From an uncultured Fibrobacteria bacterium (GTDB taxonomy: Bacteria > Fibrobacterota > Fibrobacteria > UBA11236): a stretch of DNA of 64,000 nucleotides. Positions 40,902 to 51,010 of this stretch are shown here, piece after piece. The stretch lies in NCBI GenBank assembly GCA_963716395.1, contig OY970309.1, positions 544,001 to 608,000 of the forward strand, given 5' to 3'. Made by a program: the position numbers and the translations under genes. Position 1 is the stretch's first letter, and each line of letters opens with the position of its first letter. The notes beneath the pieces were generated by a model. The model was given only the letters and a program-made list of their open reading frames with translations, had not been told where the DNA came from and made no database searches.

Positions 40902-43652
40902 ATGACTGAAATCATTCGTTTTGAAGAAGATTGGGAGTTTCGCTTCGACGCCCTCGACGCCGGCCTCATCGATCAATGGCATCGGCACAAACCCGACAAT
41001 CTGCGCAAGGTGAAGTTGCCCCATCTCTTCGCCCAGGAAGCGAACCCCGAGAACGCTTTTATCGGCTATTACTTCAAGGAATTCTCTTTTGATAAAAAAG
41101 ACGCGGCCAAGCGATTTCTGCTGCGGCTGCACATGCCCCACCCCCATTGCATGGTCTGGCTCAACGGAGTGGATTTGGGAACGCGGGTCATCGGCCACGT
41201 GCCTTTCGACGTCGACGCCAGCAAAGCCCTCAAGCCCGCCGGCCCGAATCTGCTGGTGATCCGCGTGCAGGGGTTGGATCGGCAGGGAAAAATCCAGGAT
41301 ATGCCCGGATCCGAATTGCCCTTGGGTGCGCCCTATCAGAAAGGGCATTATGCCGGCTTGCTGGGGCCCGTGGATTTGATTCCCGGCATCAAGGCCATCA
41401 TCCGTTCGGTGAATGTGCTGCCCGATTACGAAGCCGATCGCATCACCGTCGAGACCCGTTTTATCAACAGCAAGAGCTTCCAATCCGAAGTGGCGTTCGC
41501 CATCACCAATCCCGCGGGCGAAACCGGCGTGCTGGTGAAGAATGTGCGGCTCGACCGGGAGAACGGAATTTTTTCGCTGAATCTCCAATTCGAGAGCAGC
41601 AAGGTGTGGAGTCCCGCCGACCCGGTTCTTTACACCTTGCAGGTGTCGGTTCCGGGGTCACCGGTGGCGAAGGTGCGCTTCGGCATGCGGGGCGTCGAAG
41701 TCGACAAAGGCAGCTTCAAGCTCAACCACGCCACCTTCAAGGTTCGGGGCGTGGGCTTTGCGCAGTTTTACCCCTTTCACCACGGCCTGCCGGCTTTTCC
41801 CGCCGACCTGCGGCATGAATTGCAGACCTTGAAAGATGCCGGGTTCAACCTCATTCGCGGATCCGGGGCTCCCTTGCCCCCGGCCGTACTCGAAATCTGC
41901 GACGAAATGGGACTGCTGGTGCTGCAGGAAACCTCTTGCTTCAACCAGAAATCAAGCAAAGAAGGCCTGGATTGTGTCAAACAACAAATCCAGGCTTTGG
42001 TCGACCGCGATGGCCACCACCCCTGCATCTTCGGCTGGGTCATGGGGTCCGAAAACGGATCCCTGGTGCTGGAAAACGGCAATAAGCTGCTGCGCTTCAC
42101 GGCCGAATGCGATCCCACCCGGCCGGTATTTTCCAACCTGGGTTCGGTTTACCTCGACGCGTTGGGCGGCGGCAAAATCGATTTGGGCAAGGTCTACGAA
42201 CCGCTGGCCGCACAGATTTCCCCCTTCGAAGGTCACAAAATCCGCTTGAACTATCCCGTGGCGCAACGCACCTACGCCATGCTCTCGGGCTATTGCTCGT
42301 CCAAAGAAGGCAAGGCCATCGCCGACGGCATCCACGGCAACAAAAGTTTTTGGGAACGTTACAATTATCTCAAAGACGAAGTGGCGGGCAAGGTGCTCGT
42401 CGACGGCATCGGGGTACCAGCTTACGGCCGCCCTGCCGCGCTGCTCGAAACCGCGAAAAAATTTTCGGGATCCCAGGATTACAAAGACCTGAACAAGTGG
42501 TTGCAGGAACTGGGAACCTCCTTGAAAGAGAAGGGGCTCGACTTCTGCAAAGACGTCGACGATTTTTTCGTCGCGGCCGACGCGCTGGGCCGCGAGGCGG
42601 TGGCCCGCCAAATCGAAGCCCTGTTCACCAACCCGCAAATTTCCGGGTACCTCGTGGAAGCCTACGGCGATTACGGCCTGCACTTCACCGGCCTGGCGGA
42701 CTGGACGCGTGCGCCCAAGACGGCGCTGCTCGAAACCTTTCGGCGCGTGAACCGGCCCATCCACGTCTTCGCCGAAGCCGAAGAACGCACGCCCTACGCA
42801 GGTTCTTCGGCGGCCATCAAGGTGCATCTATTCAACGAAGGCCTGCTGGGAGACTACGCCATTCAATTTCGCGTCAAAGGTCCGAATGGCCGGGTCTGGC
42901 ACCAGGAATCGCAGAACGGAAAGGCCCGGGCCGGTATCAACGCCGTGGGCCGGTTCAAATTTCCCGTGGGGTTCGAACGCGGGCGCTTCACTTTCGACCT
43001 CACCTTGACCCGGCAGGGCAAAGAAGCCGGCAAGGCCGAAGAGGTGTTCTTCGTGCCCCCCGAGGTCAAGCTCGACGCGGTTTTGAAAAAGGTCACCTTG
43101 CTGGGAAATTTTCCCGACGCGGTTTCGTATTCGACCCAGGAAGACGCGCCCATCTCGGTGGCTTCGGGCATGGGCGATATTCCCGAAGACGCGTTGCGCC
43201 AAGCCCTGAAGCGCACGGAGAACGGCGGATCTCTGATTCTGGGCCCGCTGGCCGAAGAAGACATGCGCAAATTCAATGCCTTCAAAGCGTGGAACGCCGA
43301 TCTCACCTGCTTCCGTTCCAGCGGCGGGCCGCAAGGAAATTTCCACTATCTCCTGCCGAGTCCGGCCTTCAAGGATTTGCCGGGGCCGGGTCTGCTGGAT
43401 CAGACCTACGCCGACGTGCAGCCGCAATGGAGCCTCGATCATGTACCGCCCGGTGAAACGCATGCGGGCAGCCTCAACTTCGTCACCACGCCCGGCACCA
43501 AAGGCAAAATCCGCTGGGGCGTCGACCTGGCCGTGGCCCCCCTCGGCAAAGGTAAGGTGATTTTCTGCCAATATGATTTGTTCGGAAAGTTGGGCAAGAA
43601 CGCCTTGGCCGATGCCCTGTTCGCCAATTTGATTCAACAGTTGGCCCGTTAA
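40902..43652 (+). CDS. GH2-like glycoside hydrolase, no signal peptide
   Basis: W-x-F N-terminus, WSPADPVLY, RFGMR, GFNLIR, CDEMGLLVLQE, HHPCIFGWVMGSE. Confidence 0.75.
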   Translation: MTEIIRFEEDWEFRFDALDAGLIDQWHRHKPDNLRKVKLPHLFAQEANPENAFIGYYFKEFSFDKKDAAKRFLLRLHMPHPHCMVWLNGVDLGTRVIGHVPFDVDASKALKPAGPNLLVIRVQGLDRQGKIQDMPGSELPLGAPYQKGHYAGLLGPVDLIPGIKAIIRSVNVLPDYEADRITVETRFINSKSFQSEVAFAITNPAGETGVLVKNVRLDRENGIFSLNLQFESSKVWSPADPVLYTLQVSVPGSPVAKVRFGMRGVEVDKGSFKLNHATFKVRGVGFAQFYPFHHGLPAFPADLRHELQTLKDAGFNLIRGSGAPLPPAVLEICDEMGLLVLQETSCFNQKSSKEGLDCVKQQIQALVDRDGHHPCIFGWVMGSENGSLVLENGNKLLRFTAECDPTRPVFSNLGSVYLDALGGGKIDLGKVYEPLAAQISPFEGHKIRLNYPVAQRTYAMLSGYCSSKEGKAIADGIHGNKSFWERYNYLKDEVAGKVLVDGIGVPAYGRPAALLETAKKFSGSQDYKDLNKWLQELGTSLKEKGLDFCKDVDDFFVAADALGREAVARQIEALFTNPQISGYLVEAYGDYGLHFTGLADWTRAPKTALLETFRRVNRPIHVFAEAEERTPYAGSSAAIKVHLFNEGLLGDYAIQFRVKGPNGRVWHQESQNGKARAGINAVGRFKFPVGFERGRFTFDLTLTRQGKEAGKAEEVFFVPPEVKLDAVLKKVTLLGNFPDAVSYSTQEDAPISVASGMGDIPEDALRQALKRTENGGSLILGPLAEEDMRKFNAFKAWNADLTCFRSSGGPQGNFHYLLPSPAFKDLPGPGLLDQTYADVQPQWSLDHVPPGETHAGSLNFVTTPGTKGKIRWGVDLAVAPLGKGKVIFCQYDLFGKLGKNALADALFANLIQQLAR

Positions 43653-43706
43653 CGGCACTTCCGATCCGAATTTTTTTCAGGATGGAATTTTGGTAGGTTC
43701 CTGATC

Positions 43707-44258
43707 ATGGCTGCGCCTCTCCTATCCATCCCCTTCCTGCGCGCCGGCGGCAGTGAAACCAGCCTGGCCGAATTCGCCGGCCGGGTCGTGCTCGTCGTCA
43801 ATGTCGCCTCCAAATGCGGCTTTACTCCGCAATACCAGGGCCTGCAAAACCTGTATGCGCGCTATCGCGATCGCGGCCTCATGGTGGTCGGCTTTCCGGC
43901 CAATGATTTTCTGCGGCAGGAACCCGGCACCGATGCGGAGATCCAACAATTCTGCCGCGTGAACTATGGCGTTGAATTTCCGGTCTTCGCCAAAATCATC
44001 GTCAAAGGCGACGGGCAGCACCCGCTTTATGCCGCTCTCACTTCCGCCCTGCCCGAGGCCGAAACCTCCGACGGCCTGCTCGACAAGGTGAAAAATCTTG
44101 CGCGCTTCGGGAGCAAAGGCCACGGCGACATTTCCTGGAACTTCGAAAAATTCCTGATCGACCGCGTGGGAAAGGCCGTGCGGCGCTTCGCTCCGGGCAT
44201 CAAGCCCGAAGATGAACGTCTGATCGCCGCCCTGGAAGCGGAGCTAAAACGGGCTTGA
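43707..44258 (+). CDS. btuE: Glutathione peroxidase (Cys-type)
   Basis: NVASKCGFT, GFPANDF-x-x-QEPG, WNFEKFL. Confidence 0.93.
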   Translation: MAAPLLSIPFLRAGGSETSLAEFAGRVVLVVNVASKCGFTPQYQGLQNLYARYRDRGLMVVGFPANDFLRQEPGTDAEIQQFCRVNYGVEFPVFAKIIVKGDGQHPLYAALTSALPEAETSDGLLDKVKNLARFGSKGHGDISWNFEKFLIDRVGKAVRRFAPGIKPEDERLIAALEAELKRA

Positions 44259-44281
44259 CCCGGATCGGGTTTTTTCGCGCA

Positions 44282-45283
44282 TCAATTCTTCTTTTTCGAC
44301 TTGGCCGCGGATTTTCCGCCCTTGCTTTTGGTCTTGCCGCCGGCCTTGTGACCACCCGCCGGCGCGCCTTTTTCTGCCGCATTTCCAACCACAGTGGATG
44401 AGTCGGTCCCCGCCGTCTTGGCGCCGGACGAAACCGTTTGCGATGAATCGCGCAGGCTGTCGGGCCGCGCCGCCGAATCGGGAACGGGCGTAACGGAACG
44501 GCCCGAGTCGGCGACCACCGTATCGCTTCGGGCAGCGGCCGACTCTTCATTCAAGTATTGTCCCAAAGCGCCCGCATCACCGCCCTGCACGGGATTGGGA
44601 TCCAGCAGCACATATTCGGCCGCGCCGCGCAGCGGCTTTTTGCCGAGCAATTCCCAGTCGCTGTTCAGGGTTTTAACCCACTCGATCGTCCAGATTTCCT
44701 TGCTCGTTCGCGACGTCCACCACGCCTGGGGATCGAAATCCGGCGTCTCGGCGCCGTACACGAACACCACCGGCGACCCGCCGGCGAAGCGCCGGTAAAT
44801 TCGGCGCGCACGCGCCGTGTGGTACTCCGAAGTGATGAGCAGCAAGGTGTCGATGCCCAAAAGCCGCGCCTGCTTGATCAGGACTTCGGCCTCTTCGGCC
44901 GTGGAGGTGGCTTCGTTGGGCAAGGTGAACAGGCGATCGCGGGGAAAACCCTTGGCGCGCAACAGTTGCGAGGAAAATTCCGACTCGTAATGGGTTTTGA
45001 AGGTGCGCGGCCCGGAGAGAATCAGACTGTCGAAGCGGCCGTCTTGAAACAGACGAAAGGCCGCTTCGCTACGCTCCATATCGCGGCCCTCGCCGGCCAA
45101 CACCGCGGCCCAACGCACATGCGCCGGCAGGGGATCGGTATGCACCAGCCAGGTTCCCGACCTCCACAGGCACACGGCGACGACGGCCGCCAACGTCACG
45201 GCCGCGAAGTAAAACCACGTCACCGCCCGCATTCCGGTGAGGCGCTTGGGCGGGCGTACGGGAGTGCGGGTGCGGATGGGCAA
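44282..45283 (-). CDS. YdcF/DUF218 family membrane protein with low-complexity tail
   Basis: N-terminal TM, LILSG, STAEEA, LITSEYHTARA. Confidence 0.85.
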   Translation of the reverse strand: MPIRTRTPVRPPKRLTGMRAVTWFYFAAVTLAAVVAVCLWRSGTWLVHTDPLPAHVRWAAVLAGEGRDMERSEAAFRLFQDGRFDSLILSGPRTFKTHYESEFSSQLLRAKGFPRDRLFTLPNEATSTAEEAEVLIKQARLLGIDTLLLITSEYHTARARRIYRRFAGGSPVVFVYGAETPDFDPQAWWTSRTSKEIWTIEWVKTLNSDWELLGKKPLRGAAEYVLLDPNPVQGGDAGALGQYLNEESAAARSDTVVADSGRSVTPVPDSAARPDSLRDSSQTVSSGAKTAGTDSSTVVGNAAEKGAPAGGHKAGGKTKSKGGKSAAKSKKKN

Positions 45284-45285
45284 GG

Positions 45286-45771
45286 TTAGGATGCGGCGTC
45301 GATCACGCGCACCTTCATCGCCACCGGGTTGACGGGGTTGTCGCGGTGATCGGTTGGTTCGGCCACGATGGCGTCAACCACCTCCAGGCCGCCGATCACC
45401 TTGCCGAAGGCGGTGTATTGTCCGTCGAGATGGGGCGCATCGTCGACTACGATGAAGAACTGCGAAGAGGCCGAATCGGGATGCGCCGAACGCGCCATGG
45501 AGACGACGCCGCGCACATGCGGCGTCTGCGAAAACTCGGCCTTCAGGTTCTTCCCGCTGCCGCCGGTGCCGTGCAGCCGGCGGTCGCCTTGGCGGCTGTT
45601 GGGATCGCCGCCCTGGATCATGAATTCGGGAATCACGCGATGGAACAGGGTGTCGTCGTAAAACCCCTGCTGCGCGAGATCGATAAAGTTGCGGACATGC
45701 CCGGGCGCACAGTCTTCGAAGAATTCCAAAGTGATGTCGCCGAGGCGGGTGGAAAGTACGGCTTGGGTCAT
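45286..45771 (-). CDS. Cyclophilin-type peptidyl-prolyl isomerase
   Basis: FYDDTLFHRVIPEFMIQGGDP, SMAR, SQFFIV, HLDGQYTAFG. Confidence 0.95.
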   Translation of the reverse strand: MTQAVLSTRLGDITLEFFEDCAPGHVRNFIDLAQQGFYDDTLFHRVIPEFMIQGGDPNSRQGDRRLHGTGGSGKNLKAEFSQTPHVRGVVSMARSAHPDSASSQFFIVVDDAPHLDGQYTAFGKVIGGLEVVDAIVAEPTDHRDNPVNPVAMKVRVIDAAS

Positions 45772-45776
45772 GCGCG

Positions 45777-46907
45777 TCAATGTAAAAAGCCCGGGGCCGG
45801 TGGCAAATCCCGGCGCAGGCGCAGCGCGAACAGCAATGCGTCTTCGCCGGTGTCGGCATAGTAACCCCGCCGTATCCCTTGCTCGGTGAAACCGGCCGCA
45901 CGGTACCAGGCGAGGGCGGGCGCATTGCCGCGGCGTACTTCGAGATGCACCGCGCGGATTCCGGCCAGGGACAGGTCTTCGCGCAGCGACGCCAGCAGGG
46001 CGCGCCCCAGGCCGCGGCGGCGGAAAACCGGGTCCACGCCCGCGATCAGAATTTCGGCTTCGTCGGCGACGGTTCCCGCGCCGAGATAGCCGGCGAGGCG
46101 ACCCGAGGACGTTTCCTCGGCCACCCAACCCCGGCGCTCCAATCCGTCCCCGGCCAGCGAAGTCACCGCGTCCTCGGTCCAAGGCAGCGGATTGCAAACC
46201 CGCTCCAGGGCCGCCACCGCGGACGAATCGGCGGGGCGCAACGGCCGGATGGTGAATCCCGCCGGCGCGGCGTTCGCGGCCGCTTTGGCTTCGGCCGCCG
46301 ATGGCTGGAGATAATAGGGACGAAGAGGGCCCTCCCCCGTCTCGCGCGCGTGGCGTATCACCCGGGCGACGTCCCAGGTGTCGTGCACGCAGGTCAAAGA
46401 CCCGTACACCGCGGCGGCCGACCGTAACTCCTCGGTTTCGTGGGATGCGATGAGATCGGCGTCGGGACCGCCCCGGCGCCTTAGGCCGTCGGCATCGACC
46501 ACGACTCCGGGATCGTGCAACCCTTCGGCGGCATAGAACCGGCCGGCATTGGCCGGAATCGCCGCTACTGCACGCCGGCCCGGCGCGGAATCGCGCGACA
46601 GCAGCAGGGCCGCGAAGGAAGTGAAGCCAAACATCGGCAGGCCGCGCGGCCAAGCCAACCCTTGCACAAAAGCCAGGGCAATACGGATGCCGGTGAAGCT
46701 GCCGGGGCCCACGCCCACGCACACCCATTCGAGATCCGAAAAGGCGCCGCCGGCTTGCCGCAACCCCTGTTCGACCCAATCGCCCACGTCGTCATGCCGC
46801 GTTCGGGGCGGACGCCAAAGGCGCGAGCGCACACCGAGATCCGCGTCCACGGCCGCGGCGAATCCCGCCTGGGACAGATCGAGCAGCAGACCTACGACCC
46901 GGGCCAC
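45777..46907 (-). CDS. tsaB: TsaB-RimI fusion (t6A biosynthesis protein fused to ribosomal-protein alanine N-acetyltransferase)
   Basis: VGVGPGSFTGIRI and P-x-YL (TsaB), then PW...RRRGLG...LEVRRGN...Y...GF...RRGYY...EDA (RimI). Confidence 0.85.
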   Translation of the reverse strand: MARVVGLLLDLSQAGFAAAVDADLGVRSRLWRPPRTRHDDVGDWVEQGLRQAGGAFSDLEWVCVGVGPGSFTGIRIALAFVQGLAWPRGLPMFGFTSFAALLLSRDSAPGRRAVAAIPANAGRFYAAEGLHDPGVVVDADGLRRRGGPDADLIASHETEELRSAAAVYGSLTCVHDTWDVARVIRHARETGEGPLRPYYLQPSAAEAKAAANAAPAGFTIRPLRPADSSAVAALERVCNPLPWTEDAVTSLAGDGLERRGWVAEETSSGRLAGYLGAGTVADEAEILIAGVDPVFRRRGLGRALLASLREDLSLAGIRAVHLEVRRGNAPALAWYRAAGFTEQGIRRGYYADTGEDALLFALRLRRDLPPAPGFLH

Positions 46908-47935
46908 CGCCGCAGGCTTTCGTCGAGGATGCGCGATAACAGGTCGGGATAGGAAAGGCCGGCGTGGGCCGCTTGCTGCGGCAGAAACGATTGGGGGGTA
47001 AAGCCGGGCAGGTTGTTGGTTTCCAACACGAACAGATCCTTTCCGGTCCAGATGAGGTCGGTGCGGCTATACACCGAGAGCCGCAGGGCGTGGTGGCTGC
47101 GCAGCGCCAGGTCTTGCGCCTGGGCCAGGACCTCATCGGGAAATTCGGCCGGAGTGATTTCTTGCGTGCGCCCCTTTTGGTATTTGGCCGCAAAGGAAAA
47201 ATAGGCGTCTTGCAGCGGCCGGATTTCGGTGGGCGCGAAGGCCCCGAAGCCGTCGAGCACGCCGCAGGTGGCTTCGCGGCCCGGCACGAAACTTTCCACC
47301 AAAATCCGCGGACTGGCGCGGCCGATTTCAGCCACCGCTTCTTCCAAGGAGCGACGATCGCGCGCGATGGCCACGCCCAAACTGGAACCGCCGGTGGGGT
47401 GCTTGACCACGGCCGGCAAGCCGATTTCCCGCTCCACCCGATCCGCTCCCGCCGCGCCGAACGCGGCGGCTTCCAGGACCAGCCAGGGGGCGGTGGGAAT
47501 GCCGTGCGCGCGGTAAGACTGCTTGGCCAGAATTTTATCCATGGCCAGGGCCGATCCCACACTGCCGCTGCCCGTGAAGGGCTGGCCGGCCATTTCCAAA
47601 AATCCCTGCAAGCGTCCGTCTTCGCCACCCACGCCGTGCAGCCCCAATAAAAAAATTTCCGCTTCGGGAAAACGCGCGAAGCGGGGAAAGCGGGCGCGGT
47701 TCCAATCTGGCGGCGGAACATGCAGCCAGGCTTCCGCTTGCTTCGGCGTCACAGCGACCGCGCCGGTATCGGCCGCGGGCCACAACCATTCGTTATCCCG
47801 CGAGATCAGAACGGGAAATCCACGCCAACGATTGGGGTCGAGATTCGCCAACAGGCCGCAGCCCGAAGCCAGCGAAACGGAATGTTCGGGGGAAATGCCC
47901 CCCATCAACACCGCGACGCGAGACAGTGCCGGCAC
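46892..47935 (-). CDS. ddl: D-alanine--D-alanine ligase
   Basis: GGISPEHSVS, LHGVGGEDG, MDK, GGSSLGV, ETNNLPG. Confidence 0.95.
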   Translation of the reverse strand: MPALSRVAVLMGGISPEHSVSLASGCGLLANLDPNRWRGFPVLISRDNEWLWPAADTGAVAVTPKQAEAWLHVPPPDWNRARFPRFARFPEAEIFLLGLHGVGGEDGRLQGFLEMAGQPFTGSGSVGSALAMDKILAKQSYRAHGIPTAPWLVLEAAAFGAAGADRVEREIGLPAVVKHPTGGSSLGVAIARDRRSLEEAVAEIGRASPRILVESFVPGREATCGVLDGFGAFAPTEIRPLQDAYFSFAAKYQKGRTQEITPAEFPDEVLAQAQDLALRSHHALRLSVYSRTDLIWTGKDLFVLETNNLPGFTPQSFLPQQAAHAGLSYPDLLSRILDESLRRWPGS

Positions 47936-47941
47936 ACGCGT

Positions 47942-48148
47942 TCAGATTTCGAGCACGCTGCCCATGGGGTCGTCGGAGCTGTTGAAGTCTTCGAGGAAAT
48001 ACGAATACCCCTCGGCGTCTTGGGTATAGCCCTGAGAGACGTATTGCTGAAAGAAATAGCGTAGCGCCGCGTCGCGCGAATCCATTTCCACCACCTGATG
48101 GATCAGCGCAGGTTTGGCGGAGACAAAAGCAATTGCAAAGCGGGCCAT
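47942..48148 (-). CDS. Small hypothetical protein (68 aa), first gene of the ddl run
   Basis: Globular composition; 6-nt gap to ddl; TATCTT box 6 nt before ATG. Confidence 0.65.
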   Translation of the reverse strand: MARFAIAFVSAKPALIHQVVEMDSRDAALRYFFQQYVSQGYTQDAEGYSYFLEDFNSSDDPMGSVLEI

Positions 48149-48240
48149 GCCACAAAGATACACCACAATCCGCCCCGTTTTCCAAAAAAATCGGATCGGC
48201 GGCCTTGTTTTTGCTTATTACAACATGGCATTCTGGAAAC

Positions 48241-48393
48241 ATGCAGGAAGAGGAGCTGCGGCAACGCGCGGCCGATCTCGAAAGCCGGCTGCGGGCGGGG
48301 TTGGTCCTGAGCCGCGCCGAACAAATTCTCTTGCTCACCGCCTATCTCGTCTTGGCGCGCACGCGTCGCGAATTGAAATACGGGCATGCCTGA
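48241..48393 (+). CDS. Small hypothetical protein (50 aa) overlapping the GT9 start
   Basis: ATGCCTGA overlap with the next gene; helical composition. Confidence 0.4.
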   Translation: MQEEELRQRAADLESRLRAGLVLSRAEQILLLTAYLVLARTRRELKYGHA

Positions 48394-49846
48394 TTCCGAT
48401 CTGCTGCTCTTCATGCCCCATAACCCCGGGGACGTGGTCATGGCCTTGCATGTCGCGGCCGAATGGCGGCGGCGGTTTCCCGCGGCGCCGATTGATTTCA
48501 TCACCGGTGAAGAATGTCGCGACCTAGTCGGACACGTTCCCATGCTCCGTGCGGTCTCGGCTTTGCCCGGACCGGCCTGGCGTGGATTGCAGGGGTCGGG
48601 AAATTTTTCCGGCGCCGTGCAGGCCGTGTCGCAATGGATTACGGATCTGGAAAACCTCCGCTACGGGTTGGCCGTTAACCTGTTTCAAGGTCGTCTGGGT
48701 GGGCTGGTGCAAAGTTTCGTTTCCGCCGATCGCAAAATCGGGCTGGAGCTCAAAGACGGCAGCCGCTTCGAATTCGGATCGCGCGTTCTGGAACATCTGG
48801 CCGCGGTGCCGGCCCAGCGCGAGGGAAACCCTTTTCATGCGGTCGATCTCTATCGCCTGGCCGTGGCCGAGGCCCTGGGTCTACCCTGGAATCACGACCT
48901 CGCCCAGCGGCCGATTTTCGACCTGCCTCCCAGTCCCGCGCCCTTTCCCCATCGCGGCTTTTTGCTGCTGCATCCGGGCGCGGCCTTTCCGGGCAAACGC
49001 TGGCCGGCCGTGCGCTGGATTCGCCTGGCGCAGCTTTGCCTCGCAGCCGGCGAACGCTTGGTCTTCACCGGCTCCGCAGAAGAAAAGAACTTCGTGGGGT
49101 CTATCGTGGCGGCGCTGCCTTCCGGCCAGTCCGTAGAGTATGCGGATCTCAGCGGTGCCACCACCTTGCGTTCGGTGGCCGCACTGTGCGGCGCGGCGCG
49201 GCAGGTGGTATGCGGAGACACGGCCGTCATGCATCTGGCCGCGGCTGTGGGCACGCCGGTGCTGGCCCTGTTCGGGCCCAGCAATCCGGTTGAAACCGGG
49301 CCGTATGGGCTCGGTCATCGCGTGATCCAAACCCGGTTTTCCTTTGCCGCCGATTTGCACTTCGAAGATCCCTGCCCGGAACTGGAAGCGCTGCCGGCCG
49401 AAGCCGTGGCCGACCTGCTCCTGCACGATTCCGCCGCAGGTTTGCCGGCCGGATCCGTCTGGCGCACCGATTGGGATATGGCGACCGGCATGCAAATTCT
49501 GCGCGATCGGCTGGGCCGGCTGCATCCTTTTCAGACGGACATGCAAACTTGGCTGCGTGTGCTGACTCACCCGCCGGCGGCCGCACCCGAAACCGCCCTG
49601 GGGCGCGCGTTGGATGCCGCCCAATCTTCGCCCAACCGTGACAACTTAAATTTGCTTGAAAAAGAGGAGCGCCGTTGGGCGGAGCAAACCGGCACCTCGT
49701 TGGTATGGGAGGCCTACCGCATCGCCTTAAACGGGCTACCGGTGCTGCCGTTGCCCCGGCATTTGCACTTGCGGGCGCAGCGCTGGCGGCGCGCCTGTGG
49801 CGAAACGGGGAATTTGCACATTGTTTCCCAACCGTCCATGGGGTAA
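48386..49846 (+). CDS. GT9 family (heptosyltransferase-like) glycosyltransferase
   Basis: PGDVV, HPGA...KRWP, GDTAVMHLAAAVGTP, LFGPS. Confidence 0.88.
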   Translation: MPDSDLLLFMPHNPGDVVMALHVAAEWRRRFPAAPIDFITGEECRDLVGHVPMLRAVSALPGPAWRGLQGSGNFSGAVQAVSQWITDLENLRYGLAVNLFQGRLGGLVQSFVSADRKIGLELKDGSRFEFGSRVLEHLAAVPAQREGNPFHAVDLYRLAVAEALGLPWNHDLAQRPIFDLPPSPAPFPHRGFLLLHPGAAFPGKRWPAVRWIRLAQLCLAAGERLVFTGSAEEKNFVGSIVAALPSGQSVEYADLSGATTLRSVAALCGAARQVVCGDTAVMHLAAAVGTPVLALFGPSNPVETGPYGLGHRVIQTRFSFAADLHFEDPCPELEALPAEAVADLLLHDSAAGLPAGSVWRTDWDMATGMQILRDRLGRLHPFQTDMQTWLRVLTHPPAAAPETALGRALDAAQSSPNRDNLNLLEKEERRWAEQTGTSLVWEAYRIALNGLPVLPLPRHLHLRAQRWRRACGETGNLHIVSQPSMG

Positions 49847-49867
49847 AATTCGAGTATCGGTTTTCCC

Positions 49868-51010
49868 ATGTTTGAGTTCTTGGAAAAATCGCCTTTCTGG
49901 CAAGGCGTAATTTGCGTCGTGCCCGCGGTTTTATCCTGGATTTACAGCCGCGGCGCGCATGCTCCCATTCATGCCGCCATCGCCTTTATCCTAGGCGTGT
50001 TGCTGGTAGCTTTGCTGCGGCACCAGCGCCGCGAACGGGGCGAATTCGATCTGTCACGGCTCAACCGCCGCCGGCTGGAAGCCAAGGCTTGGTACTTCGA
50101 AGGCATCGTGAGCGGATCGGCAAATATCATCTTCACCACCGACGCCGATCATCGCGTCATGAAATTCAACGAGGGGTCGGCGCGGGCCTTCGGCCAAAGC
50201 CAGACCGACGTTCTGGGTGTCGAAGTGCAAACCCTTTTCGAAGACTCCGACGCCATTCTGAAGCTGTTGCACCAAGTCGAAGATTACGGAGCCGCGGAAT
50301 TGCCCGAGATACGGGCCCGCTGTCCCGCTTGTCCCGACGCCGTTTGGCTGTCGCTGTGGGTCACCCGCATGCGCAACAAAGAGGGAGAAGTCATCGGCGA
50401 AGTGTTCAACGGCGCCGACATCACCGCGCGCAAGTTTCTCGAAGACGAACTCAAGCGCAAGAACGACGAGCTGCTGCATCTCTCCATCACCGACGGGCTC
50501 ACCGGGTTGTACAACATTCGCTATCTGCACGAAGAGATGAAGCGCCTGTGCCGCACCCGCCGCCGCTTTCCCGAACGCGCGCTGTCGGTGGCGCTGTTCG
50601 ATGTCGATCACTTCAAAACCTACAACGATACCCAAGGACACCCGGCGGGCGACCGCCTCCTCATCGAACTGGCGCGCATTCTCAAACAGGCCATCCGCCA
50701 AGGCATGGATTCGGCCTTCCGCATGGGCGGCGACGAGTTCGTTTTGGTACTGCCCGACACCCGTGAAGAAGGCGCCTGCGCCATTTGCGAGCGTATCCTC
50801 CAAGCCTTCCGCAAGGTGAATTTAAACCCCACCGCGCTTTCCGTCGGCATCGCCTCCGACTGCGACGTGCCACCGGCCGACGCGCAATTCGCGGCCCAGC
50901 GGCTGCTGGCGCGCGCCGACAAGGCCATGTATTTCTCCAAACAGAACGGCGGCGATCGCATCAGCAGCGAATCCGCCCCGGCTTTAGCCGCCGCGGCTCC
51001 CAAGAATTAA
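49868..51010 (+). CDS. Membrane PAS-GGDEF diguanylate cyclase
   Basis: 2 TM, PAS, TDGLTGLYN, DVDHFKTYNDTQGH, RMGGDEF. Confidence 0.92.
   Translation: MFEFLEKSPFWQGVICVVPAVLSWIYSRGAHAPIHAAIAFILGVLLVALLRHQRRERGEFDLSRLNRRRLEAKAWYFEGIVSGSANIIFTTDADHRVMKFNEGSARAFGQSQTDVLGVEVQTLFEDSDAILKLLHQVEDYGAAELPEIRARCPACPDAVWLSLWVTRMRNKEGEVIGEVFNGADITARKFLEDELKRKNDELLHLSITDGLTGLYNIRYLHEEMKRLCRTRRRFPERALSVALFDVDHFKTYNDTQGHPAGDRLLIELARILKQAIRQGMDSAFRMGGDEFVLVLPDTREEGACAICERILQAFRKVNLNPTALSVGIASDCDVPPADAQFAAQRLLARADKAMYFSKQNGGDRISSESAPALAAAAPKN

Noticed and set aside
43707-44258. Possible selenocysteine glutathione peroxidase
   Set aside because: The active-site codon is TGC (Cys) and there is no in-frame TGA
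45772-46779. Apparent 336-aa N-terminal extension of the cyclophilin
   Set aside because: Alternative frame of tsaB-rimI with Arg/Gly-rich composition; start at 45771 is supported
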